Below are positions 8,835-17,810 of a DNA stretch of 36,870 bases, in pieces (position 1 is the first letter of the stretch; each line of letters starts with the position of its first letter). The translations under genes were made by a program, and so were the position numbers. A model generated the notes under the pieces. That model saw only the letters and a list, made by a program, of their open reading frames with translations. It searched no databases and was not told where the DNA came from. This DNA is from a virus (Duplodnaviria; Caudoviricetes): positions 1 to 36,870 of the IMG/VR virus record IMGVR_UViG_3300032277_002974. The stretch is one strand, 5' to 3'.

Positions 8835-9698
8835 ATGTCTAAAGAAGAGATCGACAAAGCACGAGCAGAAGCAGTAAAGAATGGCTGCCCTGAGTCCCAA
8901 GCAGAGATTATCGGAAAGAAGATTTCGAGCTTCACTGTCACTGGCTATTCACACAAGAAGGGCAAGCACTACTTCACCACACAATGCGATTGCGGCAAAG
9001 AGATAGCAAAACGATACGACCTAATCAAGAAAGCAGCGCGTAATACCTCTGGCTACTGCTCCTCTCTATGCGGCCTGCGTAGGGTGAACGGCGTTGGTAT
9101 ATACGACGGAGCCGACGGCGAAACTCGTACATTATGCTACAGACGCTGGAAGGGTATGCTCTCCAGATGCTACAGCACTAACGACCTGATCCGAAAGCCC
9201 GCCTATAAAGGCTGTTCCGTCATAGAAGAGTGGCACACATTCTCTAATTTCAAAGAGTGGTACGAGTCCGATCCTTACCACAACGCTAAAGACGACAACG
9301 GCAACCGCTTTGAACTCGACAAAGATATCCTGCTCCAGGGCAACAAAGTATACGGACCAGATGCCTGTATGTTCCTACCACAGAGAATCAACACACTGCT
9401 GACAGATAGCAAAGCTTCCAGAGGGAGTTATCCATTAGGTGTGTACCGTAGTAAAAGTAATCGCAAGAACCCATACAGAGCAGCATGTGACGCTGGTAGA
9501 GTTCGAGGCAAAGAACGTCTCGGGCGCTTTACTACAGTTTCCGAAGCTCAAGCCTCATACCAGGATTTCAAATCAAACCTGATAGTAGAGATCGCATCAG
9601 AGTACGAAGTAGAAAGACCTGACTTGTACCAAGCTCTACTCAAACATGCCGACAAGATTCGTACTACACCATTAGTTGATGACTCTGACTTTCAATAG
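8835..9698 (+). CDS. HNH-type homing endonuclease with AP2-like C-terminal domain
   Basis: YRRWKGMLSRCY, YKGCSVIEEWHTFSNFKEW, LDKDILLQGNKVYGPDACMFLP, YPLGV...LGRFTTVSEAQASY. Confidence 0.82.
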   Translation: MSKEEIDKARAEAVKNGCPESQAEIIGKKISSFTVTGYSHKKGKHYFTTQCDCGKEIAKRYDLIKKAARNTSGYCSSLCGLRRVNGVGIYDGADGETRTLCYRRWKGMLSRCYSTNDLIRKPAYKGCSVIEEWHTFSNFKEWYESDPYHNAKDDNGNRFELDKDILLQGNKVYGPDACMFLPQRINTLLTDSKASRGSYPLGVYRSKSNRKNPYRAACDAGRVRGKERLGRFTTVSEAQASYQDFKSNLIVEIASEYEVERPDLYQALLKHADKIRTTPLVDDSDFQ

Positions 9699-9826
9699 AG
9701 CAGACCTGTAAGACGATAAGCATTCAACAACAGTACCTTGAATAGAAAGGACTTTGATTACAGATATCTACAACCTTCGTATAGCGCAGCACGGTAATAC
9801 AGCTGCTTATGACTTTGACTTTTTAA

Positions 9827-10072
9827 GACGTAGCGAGTCCCGACTCCTCCCCGCAGGGAGGGAGGGCGCAGCGTAGCGTCGCTATCTTTACTCTTTATTC
9901 TTTAGTCTTTAGAGATTCTGTAAACCGTTTAATACCAACGGTCTATAGATTTAGAGGTACCCACTTTGTACTTTAGAGGTACCCACTTTGTACTTTAGAG
10001 GTACCCACTTTGTACTTTAGAGGTACCCACTTTGTATCAATTTAGATTTAGAGGTACCCACTTTGTATCAAT
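9827..10072 (+). repeat. Origin 2: GC hairpin, AT-rich tract and five 21-bp iterons
   Basis: TTTAGAGGTACCCACTTTGTA at 9950, 9972, 9994, 10016 (22-bp period) and 10047; TCTTTA x4 tract at ~9885-9911; CTCCC-cgca-GGGAG hairpin upstream; precedes Rep_3 gene. Confidence 0.9.
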
Positions 10073-10139
10073 TCCATCTAAACCGTTATATAGAACCAAA
10101 TTAGAACACAAATTCCGGCCACTTGGCCGATACCAGCTA

Positions 10140-10219
10140 CCGATCTCAGATAGTCAGGAGTAGCTACCTGATGAACGACAATCGCCATTATTGGGTGGTG
10201 GTTATCTTCTGAGATTCGG
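10140..10219 (+). ncRNA. Three-way-junction RNA motif, copy 1 (rep leader)
   Basis: P1 CCGAUCUCAGA/UCUGAGAUUCGG, UAG, P2 UCAGG/CCUGA, UGAAC, P3, U. Confidence 0.7.
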
Positions 10220-10247
10220 CTCCCTACCAATATAGGAGTACATCATT

Positions 10248-11408
10248 ATGAACCAAGTAAAACCAACACAGAAGCAGAGCGCCAAGGCCTCTGAAAATAA
10301 GATCGCATTCAGCAGGGCGCTAATCTCAGCATCGTGCAGAATGACTGCGACCCAGCTTAAACTATTCATGCTGTCCCTTGCCGTTATCAATAGTAACGAG
10401 TCAATAGATGCCGCACACCGTACTATACAGTTCCAGAGTTCATCTTTTATAGATATCTTCGGAAACAATACTACATACGCCCGACTTAATGATGAGATGA
10501 GGGATATAGCTACTGCCGCCTTCGTAGTGTCCCGAGAGTTCGTGCAGGATGGTGTAGTAACTACCGACCACGTACCTGTGCCTATTTTCTCGAAAACGTC
10601 AGCCGCTGAAAACGGTGTAATTACGCTCACCTTCCGAGATGAGATTCTACACCACATCTTTTCTCTAGGTACAGATCAGCCTTACCTGCTTATGGCACTA
10701 GAAGGGATCGACCGGCTCAAGACCAAAGCAGCAATGCGCCTATATCTGGCGTTATTGGCGAGCTATAGAGAGAATGCCTTATCTAAGCGCAAGCCTCGCA
10801 TCGATCTAAAGAGCCTGCGCGCTACTCTGGACCTAACAAAGAATGCGACATACAGAGCTGTGAAGAGAAAACTAGATAGAGCTATCGCTGAGATTAATCG
10901 AACAGAAGGCGCGGACATTACCATCAACGGCTGCATTCCAGTTTCCGGCGGCAAGCCTGTTTATAAGGGTTCCAGACCAGCAGACGGTATAGAGTTCGAT
11001 GTGGACTACTCGGATCACCTTGGGAACTTCCCTGACAAGAGAATAGGCCGCGACGATAAAACAACCAAAGCTCTTGAGGATACTTTTCATGTTGCGCCTG
11101 AATCCAAGAAAAGGAAAAAGCTCGGTAAGTCCAAAGGCGAAAGAAAGTTCACCAAGACAGATACCCGCGCTGATATTCCTGTAGACGATCTTAGAGCAAA
11201 ACTGACTAACGCCGGAGACTCGGCCATACACCTGTTTGATCTGCTAGTTAAATCCAAGACGCTATCAGTGTCAGAAGAGGAGCTATTCCGCTATGACGAC
11301 ATCGAACCGCATAGCGACGCTGTGGAACTCACCGGATGCCTACGTCAACACGGCGCGTCTTTTAACAGCAGCTTGGGTAGCGTCAAGATGACGTACAAGA
11401 ACCTTTAA
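10248..11408 (+). CDS. Rep_3 (RepB-like) replication initiator
   Basis: NKIAFSRALISASCRMTATQLKLFMLSLAVI, ITLTF, LKTKAAMRLYLAL, KRKLDRAIAEIN are Rep_3 hallmarks; iterons upstream. Confidence 0.88.
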   Translation: MNQVKPTQKQSAKASENKIAFSRALISASCRMTATQLKLFMLSLAVINSNESIDAAHRTIQFQSSSFIDIFGNNTTYARLNDEMRDIATAAFVVSREFVQDGVVTTDHVPVPIFSKTSAAENGVITLTFRDEILHHIFSLGTDQPYLLMALEGIDRLKTKAAMRLYLALLASYRENALSKRKPRIDLKSLRATLDLTKNATYRAVKRKLDRAIAEINRTEGADITINGCIPVSGGKPVYKGSRPADGIEFDVDYSDHLGNFPDKRIGRDDKTTKALEDTFHVAPESKKRKKLGKSKGERKFTKTDTRADIPVDDLRAKLTNAGDSAIHLFDLLVKSKTLSVSEEELFRYDDIEPHSDAVELTGCLRQHGASFNSSLGSVKMTYKNL

Positions 11409-11416
11409 CTCCAAAT

Positions 11417-11504
11417 ACTGACCAGCAGATAGTCAGGCTTGATCACCTGATGAACAGAGCACTACCTATTTCTGAGATAGGCGGTGTGCCTTCTGCTGGT
11501 CGGT
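11417..11504 (+). ncRNA. Three-way-junction RNA motif, copy 2
   Basis: P1 ACUGACCAGCAGA/UCUGCUGGUCGGU, UAG, P2 UCAGG/CCUGA, UGAAC, P3 GCACUACCUAU/AUAGGCGGUGU. Confidence 0.7.
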
Positions 11505-11538
11505 CCCCCAATAACTCAGAATTTTATAGGAAAACATT

Positions 11539-12333
11539 ATGACAGCTTCAAACGAAGACGAAACAACCAATGCTTATCAGAGCGCAAGGAGCAACAAAAT
11601 GAGCATAGAAGTATACCGAGAACTATTGAAGGCAACAGGCACTAAGACATTCGGCAAAACAGACGAAGGCAAACGCCGAGGATTGATCCACGCGCTGGCT
11701 AACCTCGCAGAGGACAAGGTAGACGACTTATCCGAAGAAACCAAGAAGCGATGCGATGACGCACTAATACTTTCATCCTACAACTTCGTAGCTCCTGACT
11801 TCAGAGCGACAGATGCAGAATGGGATACGGCTCTTGCCGCTATTCCAGAAGGCACTCCGCTGATTACACAGGATGGAGTAGAGAAAGCCGTATCCCTTAT
11901 GGTAGATGTAGTTATGGGATCATTGATGCTATGCCAGCCAGCCACCGACCTTATTGTAGAGGACTCACGAGTTCTGAGGGTCGTAGGGCATCAGACTGGC
12001 CCTTGCGCGGAACATCATTTATGCCAGGCCGCGTACGATAGGTATCAGGAAGCCACCGCTCCGTATAACACTGCCCTAGATGAAGACAGGGAGCCTACGG
12101 AGGCTGAAGAAACGTCCCGCTTGGTACCGACACTATACGCAGTAGAGGCGAGGCTACTTCTTGGCTACCCCGTTTTCAGACTCAATATGTGGCGTGGTGG
12201 TGATACCGACGACGGTAAAGTGCTCAAAGTATGGGAGCTTATGCCTTTTGATATCCATATAGCGGAAGAAGTAGCCGCCAATCTGACTGAATGGATCGAA
12301 GCCCAGACAGTCCAAGAAACCGAAGTCGAATAA
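11539..12333 (+). CDS. Acidic hypothetical protein
   Basis: 264-aa ORF with AGGA RBS. Confidence 0.75.
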   Translation: MTASNEDETTNAYQSARSNKMSIEVYRELLKATGTKTFGKTDEGKRRGLIHALANLAEDKVDDLSEETKKRCDDALILSSYNFVAPDFRATDAEWDTALAAIPEGTPLITQDGVEKAVSLMVDVVMGSLMLCQPATDLIVEDSRVLRVVGHQTGPCAEHHLCQAAYDRYQEATAPYNTALDEDREPTEAEETSRLVPTLYAVEARLLLGYPVFRLNMWRGGDTDDGKVLKVWELMPFDIHIAEEVAANLTEWIEAQTVQETEVE

Positions 12334-12370
12334 CCAGCCGAACAACAATCCCAATTAAGGAGTACAACCC

Positions 12371-13006
12371 ATGACAAACCCATCACGCGCAGAATCAATT
12401 ACAGATGCGCTCGAATCTAAAGAAACGCCAACCACTAAAGACGGTGAGTTGCTACTAACCGCTCTGAGCCAACTGACTCTAGCAACTCAGGCTGATATCG
12501 AAGCTATGTACGCTAAACACGGCGCATCCATTGACCCTGCTACCGCCTCAAGCGCGCAAGCAGTACAGAATGTATTCGGAGAGCTTCAGGCATCTATCGA
12601 AGCTCTGACATACTTCTTAGCGGTACCTGAAGCTATCAACACGGCGAACAAGTACGTGGACCTCAACAGGAAGTTTAAGGACGACCTATCCAAGATCGAA
12701 AACGTACTCGCAAAGGTCAACTCAACAGACGGCGGATCTACTATCCCCGAAGCTTGGTTCGAAGCCCAGCTGGTTGCACCCGTATCACTAGACCATTTGA
12801 GCAGTTATCGCCTCGCCTTACTGGCATCAGATTGGCGGGGACAGCGCAACGTCAATCACAAAGATATCTCGTTCACCGCCAAGCACGTAAAAGCATTGAA
12901 AGATATTCGCTCTAAATTCATCAAGACAGTAACGGCTGACAAAGCTCCATCAGCCAAGCCGAAGAAGGCTCCTGTAAAAGTTATCCCTCAACCGGATATG
13001 GACTGA
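12371..13006 (+). CDS. Hypothetical protein
   Basis: 211-aa ORF with TAAGGAG RBS. Confidence 0.75.
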   Translation: MTNPSRAESITDALESKETPTTKDGELLLTALSQLTLATQADIEAMYAKHGASIDPATASSAQAVQNVFGELQASIEALTYFLAVPEAINTANKYVDLNRKFKDDLSKIENVLAKVNSTDGGSTIPEAWFEAQLVAPVSLDHLSSYRLALLASDWRGQRNVNHKDISFTAKHVKALKDIRSKFIKTVTADKAPSAKPKKAPVKVIPQPDMD

Positions 13007-13050
13007 AACAAGCAGCACACCAAAACCAAACCCGCGTAACTATATGCGGT

Positions 13051-13119
13051 CAGGGGAAGATAGGAGAGGCATAAGAAATCTCTCTGAACAGGCGCAACCT
13101 CGTCGCCTTTCTTCCCCTG
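13051..13119 (+). ncRNA. Three-way-junction RNA motif, copy 3
   Basis: P1 CAGGGGAAGA/UCUUCCCCUG, UAG, P2 GAGAG/CUCUC, UGAAC, P3 AGGCG/CGCCU, U. Confidence 0.7.
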
Positions 13120-13152
13120 TTCTAACGAGGACACTCAAACCGAGGTAACACC

Positions 13153-13356
13153 ATGACAACACCAACCAATTTGAACGACTCAATGCTGAAGATGAACGAA
13201 GCTGTTCAGAGCCTGACCGCATCCACTCACAAATGGGAATTGCAGAAAGCCTACCAGCAGGGACGTATGGACGCAGACCTGGCATCTATAACCAGTCTAT
13301 TGGATTCAATGACCGCACGCCTTAATACGTGGACTGAAGACCCCACACCAACCTAA
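13153..13356 (+). CDS. Hypothetical protein
   Basis: 67-aa ORF with GAGGT RBS. Confidence 0.6.
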   Translation: MTTPTNLNDSMLKMNEAVQSLTASTHKWELQKAYQQGRMDADLASITSLLDSMTARLNTWTEDPTPT

Positions 13357-13496
13357 CGAACACATAGAGCGGCGGTCCCTAACCAAGGCCGCCTAACTCT
13401 CGCTGACGATCACCATGATGTGACAAACCCAGCACCCAATAAATACAAACGGAGAACGCAAGAAGACCTGCACGCCAGGCACGCTTAATTAGCAAG

Positions 13497-14021
13497 ATGG
13501 AAACGAACCAAGAACAGTGGTTACCAGTAGTAGGTTATGAAGGCTTATACGAGGTATCCGACAACGGAAACGTAAGGTCATTAGATCGTACAGTCACAGT
13601 TACGCGTCACAACGGTACTTACATTAAACCAGTGCCAGGCATACTAATCTCCCAACGAGCACAGAACGGTTATAAAGTAGTACGACTGAGCAAGTGCGGC
13701 GCGCCCGATACCAAATACGTTCACAGGTTGGTAGCGGAAGCCTTCGTACCTAACCCAAATAACCTAGAGACAGTTGACCATATTGTAGAAGGTAACAAGC
13801 ACGACAACCGAGCTAGCAACTTGAGCTGGTTAGGCCGCGGCGATAACGCCAGAAAAGGCAATTATGAAAAGCCCACCACACTAAGAAACAGAACTACAGA
13901 AGAGGTACGATCATTTCCCTCTCTATCAGAAGCGGCACGCCAGCTTAAACTTAACATAGGGCATCTAGGCCAAGTCTCACTAGGCAAAAGAAAGTCCGTG
14001 TCCGACTGGATATGCGCGTAA
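13497..14021 (+). CDS. NUMOD4-HNH homing endonuclease
   Basis: EQWLPVVGYEGLYEVSDNGNVRS (NUMOD4), VHRLVAEAFVPNP...VDH...N..DN...NL (HNH), FPSLSEAARQL (NUMOD1/IENR1-like). Confidence 0.92.
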   Translation: METNQEQWLPVVGYEGLYEVSDNGNVRSLDRTVTVTRHNGTYIKPVPGILISQRAQNGYKVVRLSKCGAPDTKYVHRLVAEAFVPNPNNLETVDHIVEGNKHDNRASNLSWLGRGDNARKGNYEKPTTLRNRTTEEVRSFPSLSEAARQLKLNIGHLGQVSLGKRKSVSDWICA

Positions 14022-14067
14022 TTTCTAGAACAGCGCGATAACAAAACCAATACACAGGAGGCATACA

Positions 14068-14250
14068 ATGCCATCAACACGCAATGCACTAGAAGCCGCT
14101 CCAGGCTGGAACGTATCCAAAGAGATAAAGCTGGACGATCTACCAACGTCAGTACGCAGAGAATTAGCCACACCAGTTAAGTGTAGGAGCCGAGACGTTA
14201 TCCCGTACTCAGTATTCAAAGCGAAACAGAGTACTAGAGGCTCTGCGTAG
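14068..14250 (+). CDS. Hypothetical protein
   Basis: 60-aa ORF with AGGAGG RBS. Confidence 0.55.
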   Translation: MPSTRNALEAAPGWNVSKEIKLDDLPTSVRRELATPVKCRSRDVIPYSVFKAKQSTRGSA

Positions 14251-14364
14251 AACAGTCATAGAGCCGCCGATACCAACAAAAGAGGTAATCCCTCGCATTA
14301 AATAATCCAAACAGAGTAGCGGCGGCATACGTCAGTTCTACCAGATAAATACAGGAGCACATAA

Positions 14365-14898
14365 ATGCTTACTCCCCAGAATCCAACAACAGTGTCCCTA
14401 GTTACCGAGCAGACTAAAACCCCAAGCCTCCGCACATCAACTCTTCTGGTGGAATCGCTAGAGAAGAAACTCAAACCCGAGGCTGACCAAACTTACGACT
14501 TTTCTGACCTGATCAACATAGGTCGAAGACTTCTATACAAATGTAAGTCTGATCTCAGGATGATCAAAGCATCAGTTGATCTCAAACTCGAAGACAATAC
14601 ATCGACCATCCAACTTGCGAGAGAGACGGTGATGCTATTACAACAAGTGCAGGACGCTCTCGCATCCATAGCTCTATCCGACGAAGGCGCAGCCACGACA
14701 AAAGAACGGATTGAACTCCAGGTACTTGCTATGGGTTTCCGAGATTACTTAATCACAGTACAGGATGCAGGTTTCTCTATCGAGGCACACACAGCTATCG
14801 ACATCGGACCGACACCTCAAGAACTAGAAGCCCAAGCTGCATTGAAAGAATGCAACATAAACGCAGTCACCGCTCTAAAGCTATTAAACGCCATGTAG
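14365..14898 (+). CDS. Helical hypothetical protein
   Basis: 177-aa ORF with AGGAG RBS. Confidence 0.72.
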   Translation: MLTPQNPTTVSLVTEQTKTPSLRTSTLLVESLEKKLKPEADQTYDFSDLINIGRRLLYKCKSDLRMIKASVDLKLEDNTSTIQLARETVMLLQQVQDALASIALSDEGAATTKERIELQVLAMGFRDYLITVQDAGFSIEAHTAIDIGPTPQELEAQAALKECNINAVTALKLLNAM

Positions 14899-14928
14899 AG
14901 CCAACACACTACACAAGGAGGATACGCC

Positions 14929-15576
14929 ATCGACACTATCAAAGCCCCAGGCACACAATTTAGAATCCTCATAGATAACGAGAGGGGCAGAAAGCATGCA
15001 AAGGCAGTACTCGACTCTCTCGCATTCTTTAAGACTCCGGCAGTGGTGAGACGCATACTTGTCTATGCCCGGTCAAAGAAAGTAACCGTCCTTTTTAAGA
15101 AAGAAGGTATCCATGTGTTCAAGTCACTTTCAGACGAAAGGTTCGAAGCCAAAGTCATAGAGCTTACTGCCATTGTGAAGAAGAAGAGATTGGCATACGT
15201 AGCTCAGTACAGAAGAACTAATCACCACATGAAAGAACACCAATACGTACACCAAATCTTACTACCACAAGCTATAGCCATTCATAACCCAGACGCGCAG
15301 CTATATGCAGACTGTATAGCTATTCTTAATAAGCGACCTACTAACGACAGCCCTGCAATAAGAATAGCTAAACAAGAACTAAAGGACTTACCAACCTATA
15401 TACTCAAGTATGCAAAGAGAGAAGAGAACCACCTAGCACTACAAGCAATCGTAGAGCTACTTGGCAAAGGTAATAAGACTCTCACACGTAGACTTAATAA
15501 AGCCGGACTATCCCATCTACACACACCACTAACGGATACTCAGTTAATAGCTTTACGAGATACTATAGGCGCATAG
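14929..15576 (+). CDS. Basic hypothetical protein; probable ATC start (first canonical start GTG 15043)
   Basis: AAGGAGG 7 nt upstream of an in-frame ATC at 14929; frame open to 15576. Confidence 0.65.
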   Translation: MDTIKAPGTQFRILIDNERGRKHAKAVLDSLAFFKTPAVVRRILVYARSKKVTVLFKKEGIHVFKSLSDERFEAKVIELTAIVKKKRLAYVAQYRRTNHHMKEHQYVHQILLPQAIAIHNPDAQLYADCIAILNKRPTNDSPAIRIAKQELKDLPTYILKYAKREENHLALQAIVELLGKGNKTLTRRLNKAGLSHLHTPLTDTQLIALRDTIGA

Positions 15577-15852
15577 CAACACCACACCAATATAGGGTAA
15601 GTACTAAGCACCAATACACACACCACAACACACCATTACGAGTATACCACAACACACCATTTCGGGGCATTCACAAAGCGTTGTTATTCCTATCCCGAAT
15701 GATCTGAAGTACACCGAGGACCAATAACACCCGTGTAGATACATATTCGCCAATCCGAATATGTATACTATACCGATTCGGTATTCAATAGCCTGTATTC
15801 CTTACCCACGGCCAAACGTATCGGTATCCGGTGCGATTATCTTATGATGTCT

Positions 15853-15926
15853 TGATATCATAAACCTTGGACAGCAACCGGATGCGCCGTCTAAAGTCCG
15901 CACTATCAGATGATATAAAGATATCA
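15853..15926 (+). promoter_or_regulatory. Repeated promoter/operator, type A copy 3
   Basis: TGATATCA..CCTTGGACAGCAACCGGAT..CCGTCTAAAGTCCG...AGATGATATAAAGATATCA. Confidence 0.72.
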
Positions 15927-15946
15927 TTTAGTAGGAGGACACACAA

Positions 15947-16267
15947 ATGAAACTACTCACGGACTTCGGGCGCACCCTGACTAAACTCAGAGAGCAATCG
16001 GAAGACAACTCAAGCATTGCTCTGCGCCTAATGACAATAGCGATAGCTATGGACATGAGACGGGAAACCAACTTTCTGAAGATCATAGCCATCTGCCTCG
16101 ATCTCAACGAAGGCAGGGAGCAGAGGGCGTGCGTTACCCAGGCACTCGACGAAGCGGCCCAGGCTATTATGACAAATGCATTGCGCGTACTCGGCAAAGA
16201 GAAATTCGACCTGCTCCAGATGGCACTAACCACGCCTGTAGATCAACAACGCGTCGCAGTCGGATAA
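15947..16267 (+). CDS. Hypothetical protein
   Basis: 106-aa ORF with AGGAGG RBS behind repeated promoter. Confidence 0.7.
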   Translation: MKLLTDFGRTLTKLREQSEDNSSIALRLMTIAIAMDMRRETNFLKIIAICLDLNEGREQRACVTQALDEAAQAIMTNALRVLGKEKFDLLQMALTTPVDQQRVAVG

Positions 16268-16386
16268 GCCCGACTCACCACAGTTCCTGCTATCGGCATT
16301 CCTCCCTCCAATCCCTTGGCCGATAGCAGGTTTCATTACATAAGGGATTAGAGGAAAACAAACTAAGGATCTTGGAGGATCTAATT

Positions 16387-16767
16387 ATGAAGAAACTAAT
16401 GGCAGCAATGATTGTACTAGCTATGGGCTTATCGGCCTGCGGCAACTCAGATATCAGTGCTGAACTCAAGAGCGGTAAGCTCACTTACTGCCCAGGCTAC
16501 TCAATCGAACAGACAGTCAGAAATGTCGCTTATGAAGATGATATCTCGTGGGGAACCCATACCAATGACGGTATTATCGTCGTAACAATCGAAGCCACCT
16601 CAAAGATGGACGACAACGACGCACAATTGGAATTTTCTCAGCGCAGTGACGGTACGTTCCTTATCACTGGTGGAGTTGTCGATGGTCGCGCTATCCAAGA
16701 CAGTCAGGCCGCACTTATTAACACACTGTACTGCCAAGCCGCCGAGCAGTCAGGGGGCATAAACTAA
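16387..16767 (+). CDS. Lipoprotein
   Basis: MKKLMAAMIVLAMGLSA-C lipobox signal; GGAGG RBS. Confidence 0.8.
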   Translation: MKKLMAAMIVLAMGLSACGNSDISAELKSGKLTYCPGYSIEQTVRNVAYEDDISWGTHTNDGIIVVTIEATSKMDDNDAQLEFSQRSDGTFLITGGVVDGRAIQDSQAALINTLYCQAAEQSGGIN

Positions 16768-17027
16768 TGAGATACCACAACGCAACCTGCTACTGCTCCA
16801 CTGATAAGGTACAGGCTCAACATCGGTGGCTATGCGGCACATGGCTTGGGTGGATTATGTGGCCTATCGCTATCGGCTTCGCCCCTCTTCTATTCGGCCT
16901 ATCATTTCTGCTCTTATTATCGGATAGAACTATGTGCTTGAAGTGCGGTGCTACTTTAGAAGGCAACCAGGTTCACGAGAGAATCAACAAATCTGATGTC
17001 AAATGGGATCAAGGAGAAACATCATGA
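16767..17027 (+). CDS. Small membrane protein with Cys pairs flanking a hydrophobic hairpin
   Basis: CYC...hydrophobic stretch...CLKCG (LITAF-like arrangement); TAATG coupling to the lipoprotein. Confidence 0.6.
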   Translation: MRYHNATCYCSTDKVQAQHRWLCGTWLGWIMWPIAIGFAPLLFGLSFLLLLSDRTMCLKCGATLEGNQVHERINKSDVKWDQGETS

Positions 17028-17356
17028 ATAAACCAATCGCAACATTAATGATCGGGCTTATGCTCACCATGACTGGATGCGCTACGTACTCAGAAGGGCA
17101 GGCCGACGGTTATACCGCCAAGAACTCTGCTCACCAATACGAGCAGAGCTACAGTAAAGATCAACGCCAACATGACGCGGACCGCAATAAGACAGTCGCA
17201 GAAAGACAGAGCGAGTATGATCGACATGAGAATGCTAAGCAGGCCAGGGCGCACAAAGAGAACTCTGAAATGCGTAAGAATGTAGTAACAGGTATCGGCA
17301 CAGCGGCCGCTATCGGTGGTGCTGCTTATACTCTCAAACGTGTGCTGGACCAGTAA
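17024..17356 (+). CDS. Lipoprotein with coiled coil and C-terminal hydrophobic Gly/Ala helix
   Basis: MNKPIATLMIGLMLTMTG-C; AAGGAG RBS; ATGA overlap. Confidence 0.72.
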   Translation: MNKPIATLMIGLMLTMTGCATYSEGQADGYTAKNSAHQYEQSYSKDQRQHDADRNKTVAERQSEYDRHENAKQARAHKENSEMRKNVVTGIGTAAAIGGAAYTLKRVLDQ

Positions 17357-17357
17357 T

Positions 17358-17534
17358 ATGGATATCAGACTTATCGCAAAAGATAGCAAGACCAAGAAGG
17401 TCGTAGCTCGTATGTCTATGGCAGAGGCCACTAACGGCAGAGGTGAGTTACGATCCCATGCATCCAGGTTCATAGCGGAACAAGTGGCGCTCGGTAGAGT
17501 AGTTGTTACCGCCGACCCTTCCACGCTCCAATAA
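17358..17534 (+). CDS. Hypothetical small protein
   Basis: MDIRLIAKDSKTKK..., starts 1 nt after the previous stop, followed by a terminator. Confidence 0.5.
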   Translation: MDIRLIAKDSKTKKVVARMSMAEATNGRGELRSHASRFIAEQVALGRVVVTADPSTLQ

Positions 17535-17556
17535 GCACCACAGCACGCATCGTAGA

Positions 17557-17590
17557 AAGGCCCTTCCTAGCCGGAGGGCCTTCTCCTTTA
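17557..17590 (+). terminator. Rho-independent terminator
   Basis: AAGGCCCTTC/GGAGGGCCTT then CTCCTTT. Confidence 0.6.
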
Positions 17591-17651
17591 TAAGGTACGC
17601 CGTGTACCACCATCTGAGGTCCTATTACTATCAACCGGAAAGGAGATCGAA

Positions 17652-17810
17652 ATGAAAAAGAGGAAGCCAACTCTACGCGAACCACGCCGTAGGATTGAAT
17701 GGAACACAGGACAACGACTTCATGCTGATAAGCGCAAGAAGCTCGGACGCAAAGCCAAGCACAAAGATAGTTATTCAGATATGGCGATTATTACTAACCA
17801 TCATATCTGA
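17652..17810 (+). CDS. ArfA-like small basic protein (candidate ribosome rescue factor), 52 aa, not in the ORF track
   Basis: AAGGAG RBS; MKKRKPTLREPRRRIEWNTGQRLHADKRKKLGRKAKHKDSYSDMAIITNHHI; RKxKHK motif followed by a long mRNA hairpin. Confidence 0.55.
   Translation: MKKRKPTLREPRRRIEWNTGQRLHADKRKKLGRKAKHKDSYSDMAIITNHHI

Noticed and set aside
9950-10067. CRISPR array
   Set aside because: Repeats are contiguous with no unique spacers, no cas genes, and directly precede a Rep_3 gene: iterons
10140-11504. Hammerhead ribozymes (CUGAUGA present in two copies)
   Set aside because: No GAAA after the next stem, the CUGA is paired in P2, and the third copy lacks CUGAUGA
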